A stretch of DNA of 64,000 nucleotides from positions 83,420 through 147,419 of the forward strand of contig CAVRBU010000013.1 of NCBI GenBank assembly GCA_963719315.1, given 5' to 3'. The position numbers and the translations under genes were made by a program. The stretch comes from an uncultured Planctomycetota bacterium (GTDB lineage: Bacteria > Planctomycetota > Planctomycetia > Pirellulales > Lacipirellulaceae). The notes below the pieces were generated by a model that was not told the origin of the DNA, made no database searches, and was given only the letters and a program-made list of their open reading frames with translations. Each line of letters begins with the position of its first letter. The stretch's first letter is position 1. Shown here one piece after another: positions 56,135-64,000 of this stretch.

Positions 56135-56854
56135 ATGAAGGTACGATTATGGCTCGGCGCCGCTCTTGTTTTCACGGTGACCTTGTCGGGATCGGCGAAG
56201 TGGGCAGTTGCCGATGACTTGCTGCCGCCTCCGTGGCGGGGCCAACCTCTTACGACTCTTGCCGAGTGGGAGTTCCTGACGCCTGCCAACCCAGCAGCGC
56301 CTGACGGAACGCTCCCGACCGTGATGGGTGACGGCGGCGCTGGTCTACCACCGCTGGCCAGCATGTCCGGGCCGTTACTCTGGGATCCGTTTGACGGCGA
56401 CGGCGCTTGGATTGGTGAAGCCGGGCCATTGCCAGGACAAATCGAACTGGATATTCCCAACTGGATCGACAATGAGCCGATCAAATGGCTTCAAATCCAG
56501 ATGACCGTGCAGCGGTATTTCGTTCCCGATCCTCTGGACCCCACGAAGCAAATACTGGTCTCGCCCCATGTGAATTCGATCAGTGCATTCGACCCTGCGG
56601 GGCCCACGAACAGCATGCTCGTTCAAGTTCTTCCGGAACTTCCGGTCAACCCGCTGAATGGCACGTACCTTCGCACGGAGGTTTGGAAGATTCTGCCCAA
56701 TCCCGACAACGAGCAAATCCTCATCGATGTGCCGGTCGATACGTTGGTTGACGAGATCGTAGTCGATACGATCTCGATCCCGGAACCGACCACGTGCGGA
56801 CTGCTTGCAGTTGTGTTGCTCGGTCTGTCGGTCGTGCAACGTCGTTTGCGGTAG
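56135..56854 (+). CDS. PEP-CTERM sorting-domain protein
   Basis: Signal peptide; IPEPTTCGLLAVVLLGLSVVQRRLR. Confidence 0.88.
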   Translation: MKVRLWLGAALVFTVTLSGSAKWAVADDLLPPPWRGQPLTTLAEWEFLTPANPAAPDGTLPTVMGDGGAGLPPLASMSGPLLWDPFDGDGAWIGEAGPLPGQIELDIPNWIDNEPIKWLQIQMTVQRYFVPDPLDPTKQILVSPHVNSISAFDPAGPTNSMLVQVLPELPVNPLNGTYLRTEVWKILPNPDNEQILIDVPVDTLVDEIVVDTISIPEPTTCGLLAVVLLGLSVVQRRLR

Positions 56855-56896
56855 GCGGCAAACGTCGCATGATGTGCGCCAACAGCGATGGAAGCT

Positions 56897-56949
56897 TTTG
56901 CAGAGCGGGTCGGAACGATTTACCTATCGTTCCGACCTTTTTTTCTCTT
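56897..56949. repeat. Family P palindrome in a direct repeat (pair 57187-57251)
   Basis: TTTGCAGAGCGGGTCGGAACGATTTACCTA identical at 56897 and 57187. Confidence 0.85.
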
Positions 56950-56967
56950 ATATGGAGGAGATCAATC

Positions 56968-57135
56968 ATGAAGACGCTAGGCGGAGTGCTCGGGGCTGCA
57001 TTTTTTCTGTTACTGCTCGCTGCTGTTGGATCAGCGCAGTTTCCAGGCAACGGGCCCCACTGGGCGATTTTGCTCGGCCTTGCTGTAGTCTGTGCGGTGC
57101 TGAGCGTCGTCACGTATCGTCAGTCAAAGACCTAA
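56968..57135 (+). CDS. Small two-TM membrane protein (55 aa)
   Basis: GGAGGAG RBS; MKTLGGVLGAAFFLLLLAAVG...WAILLGLAVVCAVLSVVTYRQSKT. Confidence 0.65.
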   Translation: MKTLGGVLGAAFFLLLLAAVGSAQFPGNGPHWAILLGLAVVCAVLSVVTYRQSKT

Positions 57136-57186
57136 AAAGACTTGCCCACCGGGGGGGATCAGTGGTGATTGGTCGGACTGCCGTTG

Positions 57187-57251
57187 TTTGCAGAGCGGGT
57201 CGGAACGATTTACCTAAATCGTTCCGACCTGTTCCGACCCTTTTTTCTCTT
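57187..57251. repeat. Family P palindrome, second direct-repeat copy
   Basis: GGGTCGGAACGATTTACCTAAATCGTTCCGACC plus a duplicated GTTCCGACC. Confidence 0.85.
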
Positions 57252-57383
57252 GGGCATATTGTCGTAGTACTTTTTGATTTTCCGCAGGAGATTGCGAGAG
57301 ATTTGCCACTTAAAACGGCTTGCGGTATGATTCAATGCGCCAGCGCTTGGAGAGGGGGGGCTCTGTTTTCGAGGAGGTGACCC

Positions 57384-58211
57384 ATGCTTCCGCAGTTTGG
57401 CATCCGACGGCGCGTGTTTTACACGGTTCTCTGCGGGTCCGCGGCGGCTCTGACACTATTGCCGCTACGTTGGGCGATTGCCGATCCGCCAGACATTCTT
57501 CGCAACTATCGGTTTATCACCGATAAGAGCACCGTTGAAGTCACAGGTGGGTTTGCGGGCATTGACTGGTCGCTCAATATCTTGGGCGGGTTCGGATTGG
57601 TGACGGGATACAACTACAGCTTCGGCGGGCCGACCGGCCACGTCCCGACGCTCGATCCGTTCGCGCAGTTCATCGATGTGAAGGCTATCTTATTTGATCC
57701 GCGGCGGGCGTCACCGATGCCGTCGCCCGGTTGGGACTTGGACCATACACTCAACCTCTCCGGGCTGGACGGGACTTTTACGGTGCCGAGTCAGTTGCAG
57801 TTCAGCGGCGTCGATGGTCAAGACCAGCCGATCGAGCTCAAAGCGACCTTGGTTGGGTCGCTGTTGCATCTGGTAGGCGCAAACGATCCGGGCTGCTGCG
57901 ACTTCTTCAATTACAAAGTCGACGCCTACGCCCATTTGCTGCCCTGGGCCGACTTCAATTCGGATGGCCGCGTGGATGGGGACGATTTCGCGATTTGGCG
58001 ACAACACTACGGCAGCAGCGTAACTCCAGGCGAGGATGGCGACGCGAATGGAGATGGGCTCGTCGATGCGGAGGATTACACGGCCTGGCGCAGCCAACTT
58101 GGGCAGCCGGTTGATGGCGCAAGCATCGCTGGAGCCGTGCCGGAGCCGGGAACAACAGTGCTTGTGGTCGCCGGCCTCGCCATCCTAATTACTTGTCTCA
58201 GATGGGTCTGA
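57384..58211 (+). CDS. PEP-CTERM protein with dockerin-like repeats
   Basis: ADFNSDGRVDGDDFAIWR, GDANGDGLVDAEDYTAWR, VPEPGT. Confidence 0.88.
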   Translation: MLPQFGIRRRVFYTVLCGSAAALTLLPLRWAIADPPDILRNYRFITDKSTVEVTGGFAGIDWSLNILGGFGLVTGYNYSFGGPTGHVPTLDPFAQFIDVKAILFDPRRASPMPSPGWDLDHTLNLSGLDGTFTVPSQLQFSGVDGQDQPIELKATLVGSLLHLVGANDPGCCDFFNYKVDAYAHLLPWADFNSDGRVDGDDFAIWRQHYGSSVTPGEDGDANGDGLVDAEDYTAWRSQLGQPVDGASIAGAVPEPGTTVLVVAGLAILITCLRWV

Positions 58212-58262
58212 CGGTTCTTTCGTCATTCACTCGGCTCGGCAATCCGTTTGGGGAGATGAGAT

Positions 58263-58298
58263 GTTCAGAACGATTTACGCAAATCGTTCTGACTCTTT
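58263..58298. repeat. Family P palindrome
   Basis: TCAGAACGATTT-ACGC-AAATCGTTCTGA. Confidence 0.8.
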
Positions 58299-58336
58299 GA
58301 TTCGTCGCCCCTTTGATTCTTCAAAGTAATTAAAGC

Positions 58337-59494
58337 ATGCGAGCCCTAGTGATTGGTGGTGGAATTGGGGGGCTTGCGGCGGCGCTGGCGCTGAAGCGGA
58401 TTGGAGTTGAAGTTCGCGTCTTTGAGCAAGCCCCACAAATACAAGAAGTCGGGGCCGGTTTGTCGCTGTGGTCCAACGCGATGACAGCTCTGGAAAGGCT
58501 GGGAGTTGCCCATCTGGTCATGCAGCAGGGGTCGCCCTACCGATATGGCCGGGCGATCACTGATCAGGGAAAGTTGATCTCGATTAGCGACTTATATGAA
58601 GTCAATCCGCGCGTACCGTGTGTGATGGTCTATCGAGCGGACCTGCAACGCGTGTTGTTACACAGTTTCGGCGTCGAACGCGTATCGACCAACGCAAGGT
58701 GTGTTGCGGTGTCGCAGACTCCTGAGTCCGTTCAAGCCGAATTCGCCGATGGAACCACCGAACAGGCGGACATTCTTGTGGGCGCCGACGGCATCCACTC
58801 CGTGGTGCGAGCGCAAATCTTTGGCCCGTCTGAACTCCGCTACTCCGGGCGCACATGCTGGAGAGGAATCGGTGAGTTTGATCCCGAAGGTTTGCCCGAA
58901 AACTCCACGGTCCTAATCCTTGGCAAAGGCTTTAAGATGGGTGTCTTTCGTTGTGGGCCTGGACGTGTGTATTGGTTTTTTGTCAAGGTCGCCGCGGCGG
59001 GGGGCCGCGATGACGAGGCCGGCCCACGTGCCTACCTGCTCCGTCAATACGGTGATTGCACGTCGCTGCTCATGTCGACTTTGTCAGCGACGAACGATGC
59101 GCGGATCATGCGCAACGACCTTTTTGACCGGCCACCGAGTTGGCCGTGGGGAACGGGAAGAATCACGCTGCTGGGCGACGCCATTCACTCGACGACACCG
59201 AATCTGGGACAGGGAGCGTGCCTGGCGATCGAAGATGGAGTTTTCCTGGCCAACTCCGTGAGGCGCCACGAAAGTATCGAATCGGCGCTTCGCCACTACG
59301 AACAACGGCGGCGTAAGCGCACCGCCATGGTGAACCAAGCGTCATGGCAAAGCGGCCGATTCTTAGTGCTTGAGCGACCAGCACTTATCGCGCTGCGCAA
59401 CACGCTGATGCGATCGCGACTCGGGCAATGGCAAAGCAAAAAACTAATGAGCCGATTGCTCAATTTCGAGATTCCCGAACTATGCAGAACATGA
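58337..59494 (+). CDS. FAD-dependent monooxygenase
   Basis: GGGIGG, VGADGIHS, LLGDAIH..PNLGQG. Confidence 0.93.
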   Translation: MRALVIGGGIGGLAAALALKRIGVEVRVFEQAPQIQEVGAGLSLWSNAMTALERLGVAHLVMQQGSPYRYGRAITDQGKLISISDLYEVNPRVPCVMVYRADLQRVLLHSFGVERVSTNARCVAVSQTPESVQAEFADGTTEQADILVGADGIHSVVRAQIFGPSELRYSGRTCWRGIGEFDPEGLPENSTVLILGKGFKMGVFRCGPGRVYWFFVKVAAAGGRDDEAGPRAYLLRQYGDCTSLLMSTLSATNDARIMRNDLFDRPPSWPWGTGRITLLGDAIHSTTPNLGQGACLAIEDGVFLANSVRRHESIESALRHYEQRRRKRTAMVNQASWQSGRFLVLERPALIALRNTLMRSRLGQWQSKKLMSRLLNFEIPELCRT

Positions 59495-59582
59495 GCCAGG
59501 CGTCGGCCGTCGTCGCCGCAATATTTGTTCGCATCGATCATCCTCCCGCGAACGAACCGTTCTTTGCCTCCCGCGCGCCGTC

Positions 59583-60730
59583 ATGAACCTCTCATCAACC
59601 AAAGCGGTAATTGTCGGCGCTGGTATTGGGGGCTTGACGGCAGGCATAGCTCTAAAGCAGGCAGGATTTCAAGTTCAGGTGTTGGAGCGCGTGAGCGAAA
59701 TCCGAGCCATTGGCGCGGGAATTTCCTTGCAGACGAACGCGATGGCTGCGTTTGATCGACTCGGCTTATGCAAGCGAATATGCAGCGAAGGAAACTCAAT
59801 CGACGAAGCACAGATCCAATACAAGGGAAAGATTCTCAGCAGCATTCCGTTCGGCGCGATGAAAGCACAGCTTGGGCATCCCTTTATCGCCATTCATCGA
59901 GGACGACTTCAAGCGATTCTGGTCGACGCCCTCGGCGAAGAAAGAATGTCAACTGGCGTCGAAGTGCGACACTTCGAGCAAGATGAACACTCGGTGCGCG
60001 TCTCACTTCCCTCGGACGGAGTGGTCGAAGGTGATTTCTTGGTGGGAGCCGATGGTATCCACTCCGCCATTCGTGAGCATCCTTGGGGCAGCGAACCGCT
60101 GCGCCCATCTGGATATACCGCATGGCGGGGGGTTTGCCGGAACCCCGATTTATGGCCGCAGGGCCTGTTCGTGGAGACTTAGGGAGACGGCCAGCTATTC
60201 GGTAGAGTTACGATCAATAACGAACAAGCGTATTGGTTTGCCACCAAAATCACAGAACAAGACGAAAGCGCGACGGAAGATCCACGTGAAGAGATTCTGC
60301 AGCGTTTTGCCGGTTGGCCGTCGCCGATTGAAGAGCTAATACAATCGACTCCGTCGGAGGACGTGCGACGGAATGAACTCTTCGATCGGTCGCCGCGGTT
60401 TCCTTGGGGGCAGGAGCGTACTACGTTGCTTGGCGACGCCATTCATCCAATGACGCCCAATCTTGGTCAGGGAGGCGGCCAAGCGGTGGAGGACGGTGTA
60501 ATCTTGCGCACGAACTGAAGAACGCTTCTTCCGTCAAGCAAGGGTTGCGCAACTACGAGAAGCGGCGCCATCCACGAGCCAGGAAGTTTGTCACCCTCTC
60601 GCGTAACTTCACTTCCCTGGCCCACGGCCAATACGCTTGGTCGAGGCTTGCCCGATCAACGCTATTTCGTTGGATGCCAGAGCAATTACAGCGGTGGCAG
60701 ATTCGAAAGCTGTATAGAATAGATTTATGA
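59583..60730 (+). pseudogene. FAD-dependent monooxygenase paralog with TAG at 60180-60182 and a frameshift near 60505
   Basis: GAGIGG, GADGIHS; reads FVET*GDGQLFG in frame to LLGDAIHPMTPNLGQG. Confidence 0.85.
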
Positions 60731-60923
60731 TCGCAGAAACGACTCAATTCGCGACAACTATTTGATCGATTGCCGAAACGATTGGGTCTTCGACGTTGCG
60801 TCCTCCGTTTGGTACAGAGTACCGACTTGGAATCGGATATCCAGTATCGAAGCCGGTAAAATACACAGCTTTCAAGGTCACGTCCCTGTGACCACACAGG
60901 CGTGAAACGCTTGCTTTGTCGAG

Positions 60924-60965
60924 TGGGCGACACTGGACTCGAACCAGTGACCTCTGCGGTGTGAA
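60924..60965 (-). mobile_element. 3' half of tRNA-Val(CAC), probable att site
   Basis: Minus strand TTCACACCGCAGAGGTCACTGGTTCGAGTCCAGTGTCGCCCA: anticodon loop, T-arm and acceptor 3' strand; no 5' half. Confidence 0.82.
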
Positions 60966-61249
60966 ATCAAACTAGCTCTACCGCAAATCGACGAACATTG
61001 CACGAAACGTCTATATTTATTGTAAATTCGCGGTGGATCAAATGTCAATAAAGTGATGCAATTTGGACCATTTCGCATCAGTAACCCGGTAACCCGGTAG
61101 TCGCTATTTATTGTTCTGCAATCGACTAGCGACTTCTAAACCATTTTCCTTGTCTACAGTCTAGTAAATCCTATCTGTGCTACTAGCCTGATGCCAGGAG
61201 CTTTGGCTGGGTACTACCGCTTTGTTGGTTATCTAGGTTGCAGCCGAGA

Positions 61250-62095
61250 TTATTTAGTCTCGGATTTATTTTGCGTCACTTTCGCTCGACGGTTTTCAAG
61301 CCATTTTTGGTCAGCGTCGCTCAATCGGTCAATTGGAACCGTTACTGAATCGCCGTCATGTTTCTTTAATGTTACTTTTCCATTGCTCATCCCACGATAC
61401 TCAGCGACCACTGAAAACTTACCTTTGGAATCAGTCCATGTACGGGTTCGTTCGGCTAGATCTTTCTCCGCTTCTCTCTTCTTGACTAATTCAGCCTGCT
61501 TCATTGCTTCGAAAATGGTTGCTTTTTCACGAGCATCCGCGTCAGCAACAGCTTTATCGTGTGTTGCTCTAACCAATGGCTCCCAATCCTTCGCATCTGG
61601 CGTAGGAAACTGTACGTCTATTAGTTCACAGAACTCCCAATTTTTGTTATACGAACTGTTGTGATAACGTTGTGAAGAAAGGACGATAATTGCTCGAATC
61701 CTAAGACCAGGTGTAGTTTTATGCATATACTTATCATCGTGTGACATCGAAATAATCTTATCGATGATTTCTTTACCAACGTCGTCACGCCGGAGATAAA
61801 GCCAAACCCCTTCACCTGATTTTTCTGGTGTAAGCAGTTGCCAAAGATACAATGAATAGTGCGAATCTTTTGCATTTTCATATCCTCCAATATAGTTGTC
61901 ATCTATCTTTATGCATCCAGTGACTATTAATGGCTTATCGAAAAAGTTTTTTGGCTCTACTTTAACTTTGTCAAGCTGCGTTTCATCGCCAATAATTTTT
62001 ACTGGAACGTCTCTTTCTTTAACTGTTTTCACTGGAACAGGATCAGCAATTGCTGATGAACAGCAAAGTACAAGAGCAATAAATAATGCACGCAT
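61250..62095 (-). CDS. Exported protein with C-terminal SHD1 domain, AT-rich
   Basis: MRALFIALVLCCSSAIA signal; RTWTDSKGKFSVVAEY...VPIDRLSDADQKW. Confidence 0.85.
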   Translation of the reverse strand: MRALFIALVLCCSSAIADPVPVKTVKERDVPVKIIGDETQLDKVKVEPKNFFDKPLIVTGCIKIDDNYIGGYENAKDSHYSLYLWQLLTPEKSGEGVWLYLRRDDVGKEIIDKIISMSHDDKYMHKTTPGLRIRAIIVLSSQRYHNSSYNKNWEFCELIDVQFPTPDAKDWEPLVRATHDKAVADADAREKATIFEAMKQAELVKKREAEKDLAERTRTWTDSKGKFSVVAEYRGMSNGKVTLKKHDGDSVTVPIDRLSDADQKWLENRRAKVTQNKSETK

Positions 62096-62103
62096 GACAT
62101 TTA

Positions 62104-63070
62104 GAACCCCTAACAATACTGTCTACTAGCAGTGCTAGTAATTGATTCGAGTCGTTGTGGAAGATGTAAAACTTGTTTTTGAAATTGCAGTCGTGACACG
62201 GCGTTGATTGTCCCCAGAATTCCTTTGGAGTGAAACCAACTATCTGGAGGACCAACGATGGCTAAAGAATTAGTTCCTGACGAATTGTGGGAGATGTTGT
62301 CTCCTTTACTCCCTGAACACGAACCGAGCCCCAAAGGAGGCCGACCGCGGATCGATGATCGCAAAGTCTTGACCGGAATCATTTTTGTTTTACGAACGGG
62401 TATTCCTTGGGAATATCTTCCCCTGGAAATGGGATGTGGATCTGGAATGACCTGCTGGCGACGGTTACAGGAGTGGCACGAAGCAGGCGTCTGGGAGGCG
62501 TTGAAACAAACATTGTTGGAGAATCTGCGCAGCGCCGATCAACTCGATTGGTCGCGAGCGGCAGTCGATAGTGCGACGGTTCGTGCTGTAGGGGGCGGCG
62601 AAAAAACGGGACCGAACCCAACGGATCGGCGAAAACCCGGCAGTAAACATCATGTGGTCACCGATGCGAACGGCGTCCCGCTCAAATTCATTCTCACCGC
62701 CGCCAATCGACACGACGTGACCCAACTGATCCCGTTGATTGACGGAATCGAGCCGGTGGCGGGCAAACCGGGCCGGCCGAAACAGCGTCCGGAAGAGGTG
62801 TATGCGGATCGGGCGTACGACTCCGAAAAGCACCGACAAGCACTCCGCGATCGCGGCATCAAACCCCACTTGGCTAAACGCAATACGGAACATGGCAGCG
62901 GCCTAGGAATTTATCGTTGGGTTTCCGAACGTACGCTCAGTTGGATGAATAATTTCCGGCGGCTGCGAACGCGATTTGATCGGAGGGCCGATATCCATAA
63001 AGCCTTTGTGACTCTGGCTCAATCTCTCATCTGCTTCAACATACTCACCGAAGGGTTTTGTTAGGGGTTC
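62104..63070 (+). mobile_element. IS5-family element with a single-ORF transposase (62258-63064)
   Basis: TIR GAACCCCTAACAA, TTA duplication; VLRTGIPW, TGPNPTDR, ADRAYD, RWVSER. Confidence 0.93.
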
Positions 63071-63073
63071 TTA

Positions 63074-63993
63074 GGACCTATCCCAAAATTCCACATCGCC
63101 TTAAGGCGATGAGGGCGAATTGTAGATGAACGAACCCAAGATAGTTAGCCGCCTTCTTTTCCCAACGGATCAGGAGCCTGCGGGCGCGGTTGGTCCAAGA
63201 ATGCGCGGCTTCGACAACCCAGCGTCGAGCTTTGTGGCCGGCGCGACAGCGACGCTGCTCCTCGCCACGGCAGCGGATGTGAGGCACGTACCCGAAACGA
63301 TTCGCCGTAGCTGTCGACGGTTCGCCAAAGTATCCCTTGTCGAGACACAGGTGCTGCTTGCGCCGACGGCTGGGTCGTCGAATCGGGATGGAGCGAAGCG
63401 TGTCGCGCAGAAGACGTTGGTCGTGAGCATTGGCGCCGTCAATCGCGACGCCCAGAGGAACGCCGCGGGCGTCGGTCAAGACCGATCGCTTGACTCCGAG
63501 CTTACCTCGATCGGTGGGGTTTTTCCCGGTTTTTTTCCCCTCCCAGCGGCGACTTAGTTGTCGCGCTGTCCACCGACTGCCAGCGCCAAGCGATGCCGCG
63601 CTTCTGATCGTACTTCCCCAGCGCCCGTTTCCAAAACCGTTGCCAAATACCCAGGCGAGTCCACTCTTGGAAATAGCGATGAACGGTACTGGGGCTGCCA
63701 AATTGTGGCGGCAGCGCCTTCCACTGGCAGCCGGTGCGCAACAGATAAAGAATGCCGCTGGCAACGGTGCGGTAGATTCCGCGGGGTCGCCCAACCTTCG
63801 TGGATCGCGGATACTTCGGCAGCAAGGGTTCAAGCTGCCGCCAAAGCTTTTCGGGCATCCAAGCAAATTTGCCCTGCCAATCGCAGTGCATGTACACCTC
63901 CGTGCAAGCAAAGACGAGATTCGAACGGAAACCATTCCTCACCTTTTCCTACGCACGGAAATAACACCCGTTCACGTATTTTGGGATAGGTCC
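63074..63993 (-). mobile_element. IS5-family element, copy 2 of 43659-44576
   Basis: Same TIR GGACCTATCCCAAAAT; near-identical reverse-complement sequence. Confidence 0.93.
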
Positions 63994-64000
63994 TAAGCCT

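Noticed and set aside
55931..58298. CRISPR array or classical integron
   Set aside because: Repeats are degenerate and spaced by whole genes; no cas or intI gene; no RYYYAAC/GTTRRRY cores recognised
60924..60995. Complete tRNA gene
   Set aside because: The 5' anticodon-stem strand, D-arm and acceptor 5' strand are absent

Overview
GC-rich bacterial DNA, most likely a planctomycete (Pirellulales-like): it has a DUF1559 pilin-like gene, PEP-CTERM/dockerin-like proteins, an LEDRRLLA motif and an SHD1 domain. Core blocks are metK-ispF-cysS-ruvC-ruvA-(2 hydrolases)-ruvB at 0-9.3 kb, an ATP-grasp/alpha-E/transglutaminase/HAD cluster at 18-23 kb, and rpmF-fabD-fabG, a two-component pair and enzymes at 27.9-38.4 kb. 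Accessory blocks are 10-18 kb (PEP-CTERM, antitoxin + Lit-like peptidase, kinase-TPR) and 39-64 kb (six intact-length IS copies of three types, an IS4 remnant, katG, an ImmA/DUF4411 pair, PEP-CTERM genes, monooxygenases, and a tRNA-Val 3' fragment marking an island edge). Most notable: (1) a duplicated ~480-510 bp non-coding element with a conserved promoter and boxA-like leader at the left edge of two accessory blocks, a candidate antiterminated ncRNA; (2) palindromes inserted in frame into ruvC and cysS; (3) a palindrome family that separates genes cassette-style and appears to be the target of a 994-bp IS; (4) a Lit-like peptidase occupying the toxin slot of a DUF104/PIN operon, convergent with a kinase-TPR gene. 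Many isolated frameshifts, including one in essential cysS, suggest consensus errors, so pseudogene calls are provisional. Family assignments come from motif recognition, not database searches.
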